Assembly: GCA_964643765.1 (NCBI GenBank)
Contig: CAZXTM010000002.1
Location: 209,237-273,236, forward strand
Reading direction: 5' to 3'
Length of the DNA: 64,000 bases
DNA from: an uncultured Bifidobacteriaceae bacterium
GTDB taxonomy: Bacteria > Acidobacteriota > Vicinamibacteria > Vicinamibacterales > UBA2999
A program made the translations under genes and the position numbers. This document shows, piece by piece, positions 46,594 through 57,072 of the stretch (the first letter of the stretch is position 1; each line of letters starts with the position of its first letter). The notes under the pieces are model-generated. The model did no database searches. It saw only the letters and a program-made list of their open reading frames with translations, and had not been told where the DNA came from.

Positions 46594-46618
46594 CCGGCGG
46601 GACCCGCGCGCCCGCCGG
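46594..46618 (+). terminator. GC-rich hairpin after atpC (CCGGCGGG / CCCGCCGG, 9-nt loop)
   Basis: A perfect 8-bp stem starts 7 nt after the atpC stop. There is no U-tract, so intrinsic-terminator status is uncertain. Confidence 0.3.
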
Positions 46619-46662
46619 CGACACCGGCGCGGCGGGACCCCGGGGCCTCAGGCTTCCGTTCC

Positions 46663-47457
46663 ATGTGGCACAACCTCGCAGCGCTGCCCCGATACCGCGG
46701 CCTGATCCAGACACTGGTGGTTCGTGACCTCAAGGCGCGGTACCGCGGATCGGTGCTGGGCTTCTTCTGGTCTTTCATCAACCCGCTGCTGCTGCTGCTC
46801 ATCTACAACTTCGTCTTCAGCACGGTGATGCCCGGCGTGCGGCCCGCCGACCTCGAGCCCTACGCCCTCTTCATGTTCTGCGGCATCCTGCCGTGGACGT
46901 GGTTCTCCTCCTCACTGCTCGAATCGTCCAGCACGCTGCTGTCGGGCGGCAATCTCATCAAGAAGGTGCTCTTCCCGGCGGAAGTGCTGCCCATCGTCAC
47001 CGTGCTGGCGAACATGGCGCATTTCTTTCTGGGGCTGCCGATTCTGGTGGCGTTCCTTGTCTATTACCGGCGGCCGCTCGACCCGGTCGAACTGCTCTGG
47101 TTTCCCGTGGTGGTCGCCGTGCAGCTGCTGCTGACCATCGGGCTCGCCCTGCTGCTCTCGGCGCTCACGGTACATTTCAGAGACCTGAAAGACCTGCTGG
47201 GCAACCTGCTGACGCTGTGGTTCTTCGCCACGCCCATCATCTATCCCATCAGCCAGGCGCCCGACTACATGCGCTGGGCCATGAACCTCAACCCGATGAC
47301 GCACCTGGCCATCTCGTACCAGGAAGTGCTGTTTTACGTCGGACCCCACGGGCACTGGCGCTGGCTGATGAGCCTGGCGGTGCTGGCGGTGTTCGTGTTC
47401 CTGCTGGGGTACTTCGTGTTCGACCGCCTGCGCGACTCGTTTGCGGAGGAAGTGTGA
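46663..47457 (+). CDS. ABC-2 type polysaccharide/O-antigen exporter permease (Wzm/TagG-like)
   Basis: LVVRDLKARYRGSVLGFFWSFINPLLLLLIY is the ABC-2 signature. Six predicted TM segments. Confidence 0.85.
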   Translation: MWHNLAALPRYRGLIQTLVVRDLKARYRGSVLGFFWSFINPLLLLLIYNFVFSTVMPGVRPADLEPYALFMFCGILPWTWFSSSLLESSSTLLSGGNLIKKVLFPAEVLPIVTVLANMAHFFLGLPILVAFLVYYRRPLDPVELLWFPVVVAVQLLLTIGLALLLSALTVHFRDLKDLLGNLLTLWFFATPIIYPISQAPDYMRWAMNLNPMTHLAISYQEVLFYVGPHGHWRWLMSLAVLAVFVFLLGYFVFDRLRDSFAEEV

Positions 47458-47458
47458 G

Positions 47459-48817
47459 ATGACGCCGGCCATCGATGTCGTCAACGTCTCGAAGGTGTAC
47501 CGGCGCTTTGCGCGCCAGCGCCAGTTCGCCACCCTGAAGAGCGCACTGCTCAAGGGCAGCCTCATCCGCGACCTGCAGCCGGACGAGACGTTCTCGGCCC
47601 TGCGGGGCGTCTCGTTTCAAATACCGAAGGGCTGCACGTACGGCGTAATCGGCCGCAACGGCTCGGGCAAGTCGACGCTGCTCAAGTGCGTGGCCGGCAT
47701 CTCGCGGCCCAGTGCCGGCAGCATCACGGTCGATGGCCGGGTTTCGGCACTGATCGAACTTGGCGCCGGATTCCACCCGGAGATTTCGGGCCGGGAGAAT
47801 GTCTTCATCAACGGCATCATGCTCGGCCTCTCGAAGAAGGAAGTTGAGCGCCGATTCGATGAGATCGTCGAGTTTGCCGAGATGCAGGACTTCATCGATG
47901 CACCGGTGAAGACCTACTCGTCGGGCATGTACATGCGCCTCGGCTTTGCCGTCGCGATTCACGTCGACCCCGAGGTGCTGCTCGTCGACGAAGTGCTGGC
48001 TGTTGGCGACCAGGGCTTCACCATCAAGTGCCTCGACAAATTTGCGGAGTTCCGCCGGAAGAACAAGACCATCCTGCTTGTCACCCACTCGCTCGACCTT
48101 GTCGAGAAGTTCTGTGACCAGGCCCTGTGGCTCGACAAGGGCCAGACCAAGGCCGAGGGTGAGTCGAAGCGCGTGGTGGCGTCGTACATCATCGACGTCG
48201 AGAAGAGCGAGGAGCAGGAGCTGGCCAAGGCCGAGTCGGCGCGCCTGGCGGCTACGGCCTCGGTGGCCGCGGCGGCCGCTGCCCAGCCGGACAGCCCCAC
48301 CGATCCGGTCAGCACCGGTGACGCGCCGACGGACATGTTCAAGGCCACTGAGGGCCGCTGGGGCACGCGTGAGATCGAGATCCTGAAGGTCAGCCTGCTG
48401 GGACCGGACGGCCAACCCGGGCACGTGTTCCACCACGGCGACTCGATTCGCGTGCGGATGCAGGTGCGCGCCCACCAGCCGACCAGGGACTTCGTCTTCG
48501 GCCTTGGCATCTTCAACGCCGATGGCGTGTGCTGCTACGGCACCAACACCTATCTCGAAGAGTACGACCCCGATGAATTCTCGGGCGACGGCCACGTCAC
48601 TTTCGTCGTCGACAGCCTGCAGTTGGTCGAGGGCACGTACCGCTTCGACCTGGCCGCACACAAGCTTGACGGCTACCCCTACGACTATCACCGGCTGCTC
48701 TACACCTTCCGCGTGAAGTCGAGGACCAAGGATGTGGGCATTTACCGGCCTGCCCACCGCTGGGAGTTCTCCCCGGGCATTCGCTTCAAGGCCCTCGACG
48801 CGCCCCGGACTTTCTGA
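47459..48817 (+). CDS. ABC polysaccharide exporter ATP-binding protein (Wzt/TagH-like) with an extra C-terminal domain
   Basis: Contains GRNGSGKSTLLK, YSSGMYMRLGFA and LLVDEVLAVGD. The roughly 200-aa C-terminal extension resembles Wzt carbohydrate-binding domains. ATG 47459 has GGAGGA upstream. Confidence 0.88.
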   Translation: MTPAIDVVNVSKVYRRFARQRQFATLKSALLKGSLIRDLQPDETFSALRGVSFQIPKGCTYGVIGRNGSGKSTLLKCVAGISRPSAGSITVDGRVSALIELGAGFHPEISGRENVFINGIMLGLSKKEVERRFDEIVEFAEMQDFIDAPVKTYSSGMYMRLGFAVAIHVDPEVLLVDEVLAVGDQGFTIKCLDKFAEFRRKNKTILLVTHSLDLVEKFCDQALWLDKGQTKAEGESKRVVASYIIDVEKSEEQELAKAESARLAATASVAAAAAAQPDSPTDPVSTGDAPTDMFKATEGRWGTREIEILKVSLLGPDGQPGHVFHHGDSIRVRMQVRAHQPTRDFVFGLGIFNADGVCCYGTNTYLEEYDPDEFSGDGHVTFVVDSLQLVEGTYRFDLAAHKLDGYPYDYHRLLYTFRVKSRTKDVGIYRPAHRWEFSPGIRFKALDAPRTF

Positions 48818-48850
48818 CCGCCCCCTCGGGCACCCTGCGCACACGCCGAC

Positions 48851-49342
48851 GTGAATACGAGGTCATCCGCTCCACTGACCACCGCCGAGGCCCGCGCCCT
48901 CGCCGCCCGCACACAGGCGGCCGGCGGGCGCGTGGTCTTCACCAACGGCGTCTTCGACCTGCTGCACCCGGGCCATGTTCGCTACCTCGCCGACGCCCGC
49001 TCTCTGGGTGACCTGCTGATCGTCGGCATCAATGCCGACGCGTCGGTGCGGCGCCTGCAGAAGGGGCCTGATCGCCCCATCAATCCGGAGTCGGAGCGGG
49101 CCGAGGTGGTCGCGGCCCTGGCCTGCGTGGATGCGGTGGTGATCTTCACCGAAGACACGCCGCACGCGATCGTGAGTGCCCTGCAACCAGACGTCCTCGT
49201 CAAGGGTGCTGACTGGGCCGCCGATGCGATTGTCGGCCGCGATGTCGTCGAGGCCCGCGGCGGCCGCGTCGAGCGGATTGCCCTCGCCCCCGGCTACTCG
49301 ACGACGGCCCTCCTCGAGCGGCTGCGGCGGGGCGCGCCATGA
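48851..49342 (+). CDS. hldC: D-glycero-beta-D-manno-heptose 1-phosphate adenylyltransferase (RfaE domain II only)
   Basis: [36 protein letters not shown] is the cytidylyltransferase HxGH motif. No kinase domain is attached. Confidence 0.85.
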   Translation: MNTRSSAPLTTAEARALAARTQAAGGRVVFTNGVFDLLHPGHVRYLADARSLGDLLIVGINADASVRRLQKGPDRPINPESERAEVVAALACVDAVVIFTEDTPHAIVSALQPDVLVKGADWAADAIVGRDVVEARGGRVERIALAPGYSTTALLERLRRGAP

Positions 49343-52300
49343 GTGCGACCTTCCTCGCGCTTCAGTCGATTCTGCTGGCCGCTGCACAGCGGTCTGGTCT
49401 CACGCGCGACCTGCACCATCTCACGGGGCTCGACGGTGCCGCCCGGGCGCTGGCCATCGCCGCGACGGCGACCAGAGTGCGCAATAAACCCGTGCTGGTG
49501 ACGGTAGCCACCGACGCCGCCATCGACACCATGGTGGACGACACGCGCTTCCTGCTGGCCGCACTGGAAGGCCTGAGCGCCGACGCGACAGAACGTGTCG
49601 TGCTGCCGCTGCCGTCGCTGCAGGTCGATCCCTACCGGGGCTTGGCGCCGCACTTCCGCGCGGCTTCGTCCCGTGCGCAGGCGCTGCATGCCCTGGCCGG
49701 TGGCCACGCGCGAGTGATCATCGCCTCGGCCGCCGCCGTGCTGCCGCGGGTGGCGCCTCCGACGGCGCTCCGCAGTTTGTCGACCACGCTCAAGCCGGGT
49801 CTCGACTTTTCGCCCGACGACCTCGTGCAGATGCTGGCCGATGGCGGATATCAGCGGCAGGATCCGGTTGACGAGCACGGCGAGTACTGCCTCCGCGGAG
49901 GCATCCTCGATATCTTCGGCGCCGGCGAGGCGCAGCCGATCCGCATCGAGTTCGTGGGTGACACCATCGAGTCGATCCGTCGCGTCGATGCGGCCACGCA
50001 GCGCTCCATCGAGTCGCTCGACCAGTACACGGTCGTTCCGGTTCGTGATTTTTCAGGCCAGCCGGCCGATCCCACCGACCTGCCCACCGCCAGCCTGCTC
50101 GACTATCTGGGCGGGGCCACCCTCGTCGTCATTGAGCCGGACGATGTGCGCGACCAGATGCACCAGGTGTGGGCACGTGTGCAGGCGTCATATGCCGAAC
50201 TGCCCGACGGCGAGCGCGATCGGCGTCCCACTCCGGGTGCGCTGCTGATCGAACCGTCGCAGGTTGAGGCCCGGTGGCCGCAGGGGTTGCGTCTCGAGGC
50301 GCTGGCGCTGGACGCGTCAGGGGCCGCAGGCCTGCATGTGCCCTCGCAACCGACACCAGAGTTCAAGGGGCGCATTCCGCAGTGGTTGGCTGACCTCCGC
50401 GAGGCACGTGACCGCGGCGACACGGTCGTGTTCGTGGCCGGCGCGCGCGGGCGCGCGGAACGGGCCGTCGAGCTGCTGCGCGACTATGACATCCGGGCGG
50501 TCTGGTCAGGGGCGCCCACCGGCGTGGCCGCCACCGGCGCCGTCATCGTCGTCGATGGCCACCTGTCACGCGGGTTCCGGCTGCCGGCCGTCCAGCTGCA
50601 GGTGTACGCCGAGACGGACGTGTTTGACGAGGCCCGTCACCGCCAGCAGGGGCGTGGCCCGCAGCGGTCCGCGAGCGCGGCGTTTCTGTCGGACCTGCGC
50701 GACCTGAAGGTCGGCGACCTGATTGTGCACGTCGATCACGGAATCGGCCAGTTCGTCGGGCTGAAGCAGATCACTGTCGGCGACGACACCTGCGAGTTCC
50801 TCGAAGTGCGGTATCACGGCGACCACAAGCTGTTTGTCCCCGTCGAACGCCTCGACCTGATCCAGAAGTACGGCGGCGGCGGCCAGCCCCCGCTCGACAA
50901 GCTCGGCGGGACGTCGTGGGAGAAAGCCAAGTCGCGCGTGCGCAAGGCCATGCGGGACATGGCCGAGGAACTGCTGAAGCTCTATGCGGCACGCAAGGCG
51001 GTGCCAGGCCATGCCTACGGCGCCGACACGCACTGGCAGGAGGAATTCGAAGCGGCGTTTCCCTGGGAGCTGACGCGGGACCAGGCAACCGCGGTCGCCG
51101 ACATCAAGCGTGACATGGAGTCGTCCGCGCCGATGGATCGCCTGCTCTGCGGCGACGTCGGCTATGGCAAGACCGAGGTGGCTATGCGTGCGGCCTTCAA
51201 GGCCGTGATGGACGGCAAGCAGGTGGCGCTGCTGGCACCCACGACCGTGCTGGCCTTCCAGCACCTGACCACGATGACGCAGCGGTTTGCGGCGTTCCCG
51301 ACCCGCATCGAGATGATCAGCCGCTTCCGCACCCGCCAGGAGATCGCGAAGTCACTGGAAGACCTGGCCGCAGGCCGCCTGGACGTCATTGTCGGTACGC
51401 ACCGGCTGCTGTCGAAGGACGTGCAGTTCCGGGACCTCGGCCTGCTGATCGTCGACGAGGAGCAGCGCTTCGGCGTGGCCCACAAGGAGCGCATCAAGCA
51501 GATGCGCAAGAAAGTCGACGTCCTGACGATGACGGCCACTCCGATTCCACGCACGCTGAACATGTCTCTCGTGGGCATCCGCGACATGTCGGTCATCGAG
51601 ACCCCGCCGCGCGATCGCCTGGCGATCCAGACCAGCGTGGTCAAGTTTGACGCCGAAGTGATCACGCAGGCGATCCGCAGCGAACTGGCGCGGGGCGGAC
51701 AGGTGTACTTCGTGCACAACCGCGTCGAGTCGATCTTCTCGATGGGCAGCCTGCTGCAGCGGCTGATTCCCGAGGCGCGCATCGTGATCGGCCACGGGCA
51801 GATGGGCGATGAAGAGCTCGAGCGGGCGATGCTGGACTTCATGGCGCACAAGTACGACATCCTGCTGGCCACCACGATTGTCGAGAACGGCATCGACATT
51901 CCCAACGCCAACACGATCGTCATCAATCGCGCCGATCGGTACGGCCTGTCGCAGCTGTATCAGCTGCGCGGGCGCGTAGGGCGCAGCGACCGGCCGGCGT
52001 ATGCCTACCTGCTGATCCCCCCCGAGGAATCGCTGTCGGCAGTGGCGCGCAAGCGGCTGGCCGCGATTCGCGAGTTCAGCGACCTGGGCAGCGGCTTCCG
52101 TATCGCCGCGCTCGACCTCGAGATTCGCGGCGCCGGCAATCTCCTGGGCGGGCAGCAGAGCGGACATATCGACGCCGTGGGCTTCGAGATGTACATGAAG
52201 CTGCTTGAGGAGACCATCCGCAAACTGAAGGGTGAAGACCTCGAAGACGACGTGCGGGCGGTGGTGAAGCTCAAGGTCGACTTCCGCCTGCCCGAGGGCT

Positions 52301-52881
52301 ATGTGCCCGACATGAACCAGCGGCTCTCGATCTACCGGCGGATTGCCGGCGCACGGTCGGAGGACGAGATTGCCGGCGTGGTGGACGAAGTGCGCGACCG
52401 CTACGGGGTGCCGCCAACGGCGCTGCTGAACCTGGCCGACTACGCACGCATCCGCGTGCTGGCCGACCGCCTCGGCATCGAGACCCTCGACCGGGACGCC
52501 TCCGGCGTCGTCATAAAGTTCAGGGAGAAGAAATCCGGCGTCGACCCGGTCAGGCTACTGGCGATGGTGCGGGCCCGGACGGACCTGACGCTGTTGCCGC
52601 CGTCGGGCCTGCGGCTGTCGCTGTCGGCGCCGGCCGAGGCGGCCCCGCCCGTGGCGGCTGGTGGCCCCACGCGCCTGGTCGGCGGGTTGCGGCCGGGTCA
52701 GGTGGCGCGACGGCCCGCGCGGAAGCCCGCCTGGTGGGCAGCCCGGGCCACGGCCGGTGAGGTCGCGCCAGGGTTCAGCAAGGCCGAGATTCTGAAGGCG
52801 CCCGAGGAAGATCCCCGGGCGGCCGACGGGGTGCTTGAACGGGTGACCGGCTTCTTGCTGGCGCTCGTCGACGAGCAGTAA
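49339..52881 (+). CDS. mfd: Transcription-repair coupling factor
   Basis: CarD/TRCF domain ([14 protein letters not shown]), helicase motifs [11 protein letters not shown] and DEEQRFG, and a TRG motif region. The start overlaps the hldC stop (ATGA). Confidence 0.95.
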   Translation: MSATFLALQSILLAAAQRSGLTRDLHHLTGLDGAARALAIAATATRVRNKPVLVTVATDAAIDTMVDDTRFLLAALEGLSADATERVVLPLPSLQVDPYRGLAPHFRAASSRAQALHALAGGHARVIIASAAAVLPRVAPPTALRSLSTTLKPGLDFSPDDLVQMLADGGYQRQDPVDEHGEYCLRGGILDIFGAGEAQPIRIEFVGDTIESIRRVDAATQRSIESLDQYTVVPVRDFSGQPADPTDLPTASLLDYLGGATLVVIEPDDVRDQMHQVWARVQASYAELPDGERDRRPTPGALLIEPSQVEARWPQGLRLEALALDASGAAGLHVPSQPTPEFKGRIPQWLADLREARDRGDTVVFVAGARGRAERAVELLRDYDIRAVWSGAPTGVAATGAVIVVDGHLSRGFRLPAVQLQVYAETDVFDEARHRQQGRGPQRSASAAFLSDLRDLKVGDLIVHVDHGIGQFVGLKQITVGDDTCEFLEVRYHGDHKLFVPVERLDLIQKYGGGGQPPLDKLGGTSWEKAKSRVRKAMRDMAEELLKLYAARKAVPGHAYGADTHWQEEFEAAFPWELTRDQATAVADIKRDMESSAPMDRLLCGDVGYGKTEVAMRAAFKAVMDGKQVALLAPTTVLAFQHLTTMTQRFAAFPTRIEMISRFRTRQEIAKSLEDLAAGRLDVIVGTHRLLSKDVQFRDLGLLIVDEEQRFGVAHKERIKQMRKKVDVLTMTATPIPRTLNMSLVGIRDMSVIETPPRDRLAIQTSVVKFDAEVITQAIRSELARGGQVYFVHNRVESIFSMGSLLQRLIPEARIVIGHGQMGDEELERAMLDFMAHKYDILLATTIVENGIDIPNANTIVINRADRYGLSQLYQLRGRVGRSDRPAYAYLLIPPEESLSAVARKRLAAIREFSDLGSGFRIAALDLEIRGAGNLLGGQQSGHIDAVGFEMYMKLLEETIRKLKGEDLEDDVRAVVKLKVDFRLPEGYVPDMNQRLSIYRRIAGARSEDEIAGVVDEVRDRYGVPPTALLNLADYARIRVLADRLGIETLDRDASGVVIKFREKKSGVDPVRLLAMVRARTDLTLLPPSGLRLSLSAPAEAAPPVAAGGPTRLVGGLRPGQVARRPARKPAWWAARATAGEVAPGFSKAEILKAPEEDPRAADGVLERVTGFLLALVDEQ

Positions 52882-52902
52882 AATTGCAGGTTCAGGATTC
52901 CT

Positions 52903-53964
52903 ATGACCATGACCCGACATCTGCTGGCCGTGACCGCGCTTGTGGCCGTGGCGGCGGCCGTGCCCCGTGCCGACATCCTTGAGCAGGTGCTGGTCAAGGT
53001 GAACGGCGACATCATCACCAAGACCGACCTCGAGCAGCGGCAGATTGCGGCGCTGCGGCAGCGCGACCCGAACCTCCGCCCGAACAGCGACGCCGAGCTG
53101 CAGCAGGCGCTGGCGGAAGTCACGCCGAACGTGATTCTGGAAGCGGTGGACGAGCTGCTCATCACGCAGCGCGGCAAGGAACTCGGCTATTCAATGACGA
53201 ACGACCAGTTCGCCGAAATCCTGACCAACATCAAGAAGGAAAACAAGCTCGAAGACGACGCGCAGTTCCAGGCGGCGCTGCAGCAGGAGGGGCTCACGCT
53301 GGCCGACCTGCGGCGGCAGCTCGAGCGGACGATGATCGTGCAGCGCGTGCAGCAGACGGAAGTCATGTCGAAGCTGCAGGTGACCGACGCCGAGCTTAAG
53401 ATGTACTACGACAGCCACCGCGAGACGTTCACCAGCAAGCCGCAGATGACGCTTCGGGAGCTGCTGGTGGCGGTGCCGCAGAGCGAGCAGGGCGTGAACG
53501 TGGGTCTCGAGGAAGAGGCGAAGGCCAAGGCCGACGACATCCGCAAGCGCCTGATGGCCGGCGAGCCCTTCGCCCGCCTGGCGGCCGACCTGTCCGACTC
53601 GCCGTCGAAGGCCAATGGCGGCCTCGTGGGGCCCATCACGGCCGACGTGCTGGCGCCCGAGCTGCAGCAGGCCCTGTCGGCGATCAAACCCGGCGACATC
53701 ACGCCGGTCCTGCGCACCGCGCGCGGCTTCCAGCTGATCAAGCTCGAGACGATGGATCCGGTGACCGTGAAGACGTTTGACGAGGCGCGCGGCGACATCG
53801 CGCAGCGGCTCTCGAACGACAAGCGGCGGGCCGAGTTCACGCGGTTCCTCGACCGGCTGCGGGGACAGGCCATCATCGACTGGAAGAACGCCGATCTGAA
53901 GAAGGCCTATGAGGTTGGGCTGAAGAACGCGGCCGCCCAGCTGGCGGCGTCGGCGACGCCGTGA
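52903..53964 (+). CDS. SurA-like periplasmic chaperone / parvulin-type peptidyl-prolyl isomerase
   Basis: A signal peptide, then a SurA_N-like region (ILEQVLVKVNGDIITKTDLE), then a PpiC domain (SDSPSKANGGLVGPI...GFQLIKL). Confidence 0.8.
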   Translation: MTMTRHLLAVTALVAVAAAVPRADILEQVLVKVNGDIITKTDLEQRQIAALRQRDPNLRPNSDAELQQALAEVTPNVILEAVDELLITQRGKELGYSMTNDQFAEILTNIKKENKLEDDAQFQAALQQEGLTLADLRRQLERTMIVQRVQQTEVMSKLQVTDAELKMYYDSHRETFTSKPQMTLRELLVAVPQSEQGVNVGLEEEAKAKADDIRKRLMAGEPFARLAADLSDSPSKANGGLVGPITADVLAPELQQALSAIKPGDITPVLRTARGFQLIKLETMDPVTVKTFDEARGDIAQRLSNDKRRAEFTRFLDRLRGQAIIDWKNADLKKAYEVGLKNAAAQLAASATP

Positions 53965-54464
53965 GCGACGCCGGGACGCTCGGCTGGTATGCCGTCTGGA
54001 CCCGGTCGCGCGCCGAGAAGTCGGTCCGGGATCAGCTGATCCGGAAAGGCGTCGAGGTGTTCCTGCCCACGGTCATCCAGTGGAGCCGCTGGAAGGACCG
54101 CCGCAAGCAGGTCGAGTGGCCTCTCTTCCCCGGCTACTGCTTCGTGAAAATCGATCCCCGTCACAAGCTGCCCGTCATCTCGTGCGACGGGGTGGTGCAC
54201 ATCGTGAGCGTCGACGGGAAGGCGGCCGAGATTCCCGAAGAGCAGATCACGGCCATCCGGCAGCTGGTGGACAGCACGCTCGCGCTGGATCCGTGCCCGT
54301 TCATCGAGGAAGGCGACCCGGTGCGGGTGGTGGCCGGCCCGCTCTCTGGCGTCAAGGGCCGCCTGCTGCGCAAGGGCACCGATGCGCGCCTGGTGGTGTC
54401 GGTCGAACTGATTGGTCGCGCCGTCAGCGTGCAGGTGCATGCGGCTGATGTGCGGGCCCTCTGA
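53961..54464 (+). CDS. NusG-family paralogue (NGN + KOW; RfaH/UpxY/LoaP-like specialised antiterminator)
   Basis: The NGN domain is WYAVWTRSRAEKSVRDQL...WPLFPGYCFV and the KOW motif is GDPVRVVAGPLSGVKGRL. It is 167 aa. The GTG start overlaps the SurA-like stop (GTGA). It is not in a secE-nusG-rplK context. Confidence 0.8.
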   Translation: MSDAGTLGWYAVWTRSRAEKSVRDQLIRKGVEVFLPTVIQWSRWKDRRKQVEWPLFPGYCFVKIDPRHKLPVISCDGVVHIVSVDGKAAEIPEEQITAIRQLVDSTLALDPCPFIEEGDPVRVVAGPLSGVKGRLLRKGTDARLVVSVELIGRAVSVQVHAADVRAL

Positions 54465-54478
54465 CCCTGGAGATACCT

Positions 54479-55570
54479 GTGGATACGGTTCAGCCCCCAG
54501 CCATCGGGTCGGTGTCGCTGCCATCACCCTTCGTGGTGTCGCCCATGGCCGGCATGACCGATACGGCCTTCCGCCGCCTGGTGAAGCGCCAGGGTGGCTG
54601 CGGCCTGGTCGTCTCTGAAATGGTCAGCAGCGAGGGGCTCGTGCGCGGCATCGACCGCACGCTCGAGTACGCCGAGTACACCGAGGAAGAGCGGCCGGTG
54701 TCGATTCAGATCTTCGGCGGCGAGCCCGAGCGCATGGCCGAGGCGGCGCGCGTTGTGGAAGCCATGGGCGCCGACATCGTCGACGTGAACATGGGCTGCC
54801 CCGTGCCCAAGATCGCGAAGCATCATGCGGGCTGCAGCCTGATGCGCGAGCCGCGGCATGCCGCGGCCATCATCGAAGCCATGACGAAGGCCGTGCGCAT
54901 TCCCGTCACCGTCAAGATGCGGAAGGGCTGGGACGAGACCGACCTGACGGCACCGGAAGTGGCGCGTCGTGTGCAAGACGCCGGCGCCGCCGCCATTGCG
55001 ATTCACGGGCGCACGGCGAAGCAGTCGTACACCGGGCAGGCGGACTGGGACTTCGTGAGTGCCGTGGCCGAGGCCGTGCAGATTCCGGTGTTCGGATCGG
55101 GCGACTGCATCGAACCCGAACAGGTGATTGCGCGACTGCAGAGTGGCGTGAGCGGTGTGTTCGTGGGGCGCGGCGTCCTGCGGAATCCCTGGATCCTGGC
55201 CCAGGCCCGCGACCTGCTCGAGGGGCGGGCACCCCGCGTGGTGACGCTGCACGAGCGAGGCCAGTTCCTGCTCGACTACATCGAGTTGCTGCTCGATGAC
55301 CCGTCGCAGGAAGCCGACGGATTCCGCCACCAGGCGCCGGGTGCCACTGCAGCAGAGCCCCCGGCACGTGTGCTGGGCCGGGAGCGCTGGGTCGTCAACA
55401 AGGTGCGCGCCCTGTGCAGCTGGTACACCAAGGGGCTTGAGGGCGGCTCTCACCTGCGCACGAAGGTGAATGCCGCCGAATCGCTCAGCCACCTGCGGGC
55501 GATCATCCACGAGTTTTTCAGCGAGGACGGGCCCGACTGGCGCAGGCTGCCGGCTGGCCCGGCCGAGTGA
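54479..55570 (+). CDS. tRNA-dihydrouridine synthase (DusB-like)
   Basis: SPMAGMTDTAFRRLVKRQG...DVNMGCPVPKI...IHGRTAKQSYTGQADW are Dus family motifs. Confidence 0.9.
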   Translation: MDTVQPPAIGSVSLPSPFVVSPMAGMTDTAFRRLVKRQGGCGLVVSEMVSSEGLVRGIDRTLEYAEYTEEERPVSIQIFGGEPERMAEAARVVEAMGADIVDVNMGCPVPKIAKHHAGCSLMREPRHAAAIIEAMTKAVRIPVTVKMRKGWDETDLTAPEVARRVQDAGAAAIAIHGRTAKQSYTGQADWDFVSAVAEAVQIPVFGSGDCIEPEQVIARLQSGVSGVFVGRGVLRNPWILAQARDLLEGRAPRVVTLHERGQFLLDYIELLLDDPSQEADGFRHQAPGATAAEPPARVLGRERWVVNKVRALCSWYTKGLEGGSHLRTKVNAAESLSHLRAIIHEFFSEDGPDWRRLPAGPAE

Positions 55571-55634
55571 GGCGACGCCCCTGTCAGGCGCTGCCCACGT
55601 TTCAGGTATAGTCGCCATCGTCCGGAGGTGTGCT

Positions 55635-56120
55635 GTGAGACGACTCTCTGCTGTGCTGCTATGTGTGCTGGCCGCCGTTCCTGCTGCGGCCCAAACGGCG
55701 GCGCCGACCCCCACCGATCGTGGCAAGGCGACCATCTTCACCGCTGAAGACCTGGCCGCGGCGCTTGCGAAGCTGCCGACGGATCGGCCGTCCGGGGCGG
55801 CCCGCGTGTTTGCTCTGGCGCCCTACAACGTCAACGTCGAACAGCGGCAGCCACGCCAGCAGGGAGCCTCGCTGCACGAGGCGCAGGCAGAGTTCTTCCA
55901 TGTCATCGAGGGGTCGGCCACGCTGCTGACTGGCGGCACGCTCACGTCTCCGACCCGCAACGGCAGCAACCTCACGGGGCCCGGCATCGAGGGCGGCGTG
56001 CGGCAGACGTTCAAGAAGGGCGACTTCATGATCGTGCCGTCGGGAGTGCCGCACCAGTTTCTCGACATTACGGCGCCGGTGCGGCTGCTGCAGATCTACC
56101 TGCCGAACGCTCCGCAGTAA
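55635..56120 (+). CDS. Secreted cupin-domain protein
   Basis: GTG 55635 follows GGAGG at 55624-28. The signal peptide is VRRLSAVLLCVLAAVPAAAQ. The cupin strands are FFHVIEGSATLLTGG...GDFMIVPSGVPHQF. Confidence 0.65.
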   Translation: MRRLSAVLLCVLAAVPAAAQTAAPTPTDRGKATIFTAEDLAAALAKLPTDRPSGAARVFALAPYNVNVEQRQPRQQGASLHEAQAEFFHVIEGSATLLTGGTLTSPTRNGSNLTGPGIEGGVRQTFKKGDFMIVPSGVPHQFLDITAPVRLLQIYLPNAPQ

Positions 56121-56240
56121 CCCGCGCAGCCACGCCGTCGCGGGTGCGAGGCTTCCTGTGGCACAGCCGCCGTCTCCGCGGTTGAGAAGGCCGATGCCCT
56201 GCTGCCGGGATTTCCCGGAACGCAGTTACAGGCCGCCATC

Positions 56241-56885
56241 GTGTTCGTGGCCAGGCAGGCCTTTGGCTTTGCCGCCGACGTGGCCCTCCGCGGGGCGACG
56301 GCCCAGGAGGCGCAGTCAGGCCGATCAAACTATCCGGCCACGGGCCTGCTGTGGATCCGCGGGCTGACCGCCTATGGGGCCGGTGACCATGCCACGGCGT
56401 GCGATCTGTTTGCCGCCGAGGCTGAGTATGCCCAGAAGCTCGACTCGGTCTACGCGCGGGAATCGCGCGTGGTGGCGTGCAATTCGCTGGGGTTTGCGCT
56501 GCTGGCCGACGCGCACTACGACGCGGCGCGGGACCCATTTGCCTCGGCCCTTCAGGCCTCCCCGGATCGGGAGCGTGCCCGGATGGGGATTGGTCTGGCG
56601 GAGGCGGCCGGCGCGGCCACGGCTTCCCTGTCTGACGTGGTGACCTCGGTCAGCGCCAGGCTCGAGGCCGGCGGCAAGCCGGTCGAACAGGCGCTGGTCC
56701 TCTCGGCAGCCGCGGCCTGGAGTGGTGAGCCCTCGGTGGCACTGCAGCATGCCGACCGCCTGCTGGCCATGACGCCTGACGACTCGTCGGGGTGGAGCCT
56801 GCCGGCCGACCCGATGTTTGCCCCCCTGCGCCGTGCCGATGGGTACGCGCGGCTGGCCGCCCGACTGGCGGCGCGGGCGGCGTGA
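56241..56885 (+). CDS. Hypothetical TPR-like helical protein, possibly a gene remnant
   Basis: Ala-rich helical repeats. The first usable start (GTG 56241) lies inside sequence that looks coding further upstream. It is in the same frame as the cupin gene. See findings. Confidence 0.35.
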   Translation: MFVARQAFGFAADVALRGATAQEAQSGRSNYPATGLLWIRGLTAYGAGDHATACDLFAAEAEYAQKLDSVYARESRVVACNSLGFALLADAHYDAARDPFASALQASPDRERARMGIGLAEAAGAATASLSDVVTSVSARLEAGGKPVEQALVLSAAAAWSGEPSVALQHADRLLAMTPDDSSGWSLPADPMFAPLRRADGYARLAARLAARAA

Positions 56886-57072
56886 GCGCCCCTCAGCCAC
56901 TTCTCACAACATGACAGCTGACCGCGGTGTGTTCACGGCACGCGTCAACATTGGTTTCAGGTTCTGAACATCTGGGCACGGCGCACGGGGCGACGAGGTA
57001 CCGTCAGACCGTGAGTGGCGCGCATCCTCTGCGGTCGTCTCGTCGGATCGTTCCTGTGGACCTCATGCTAGG

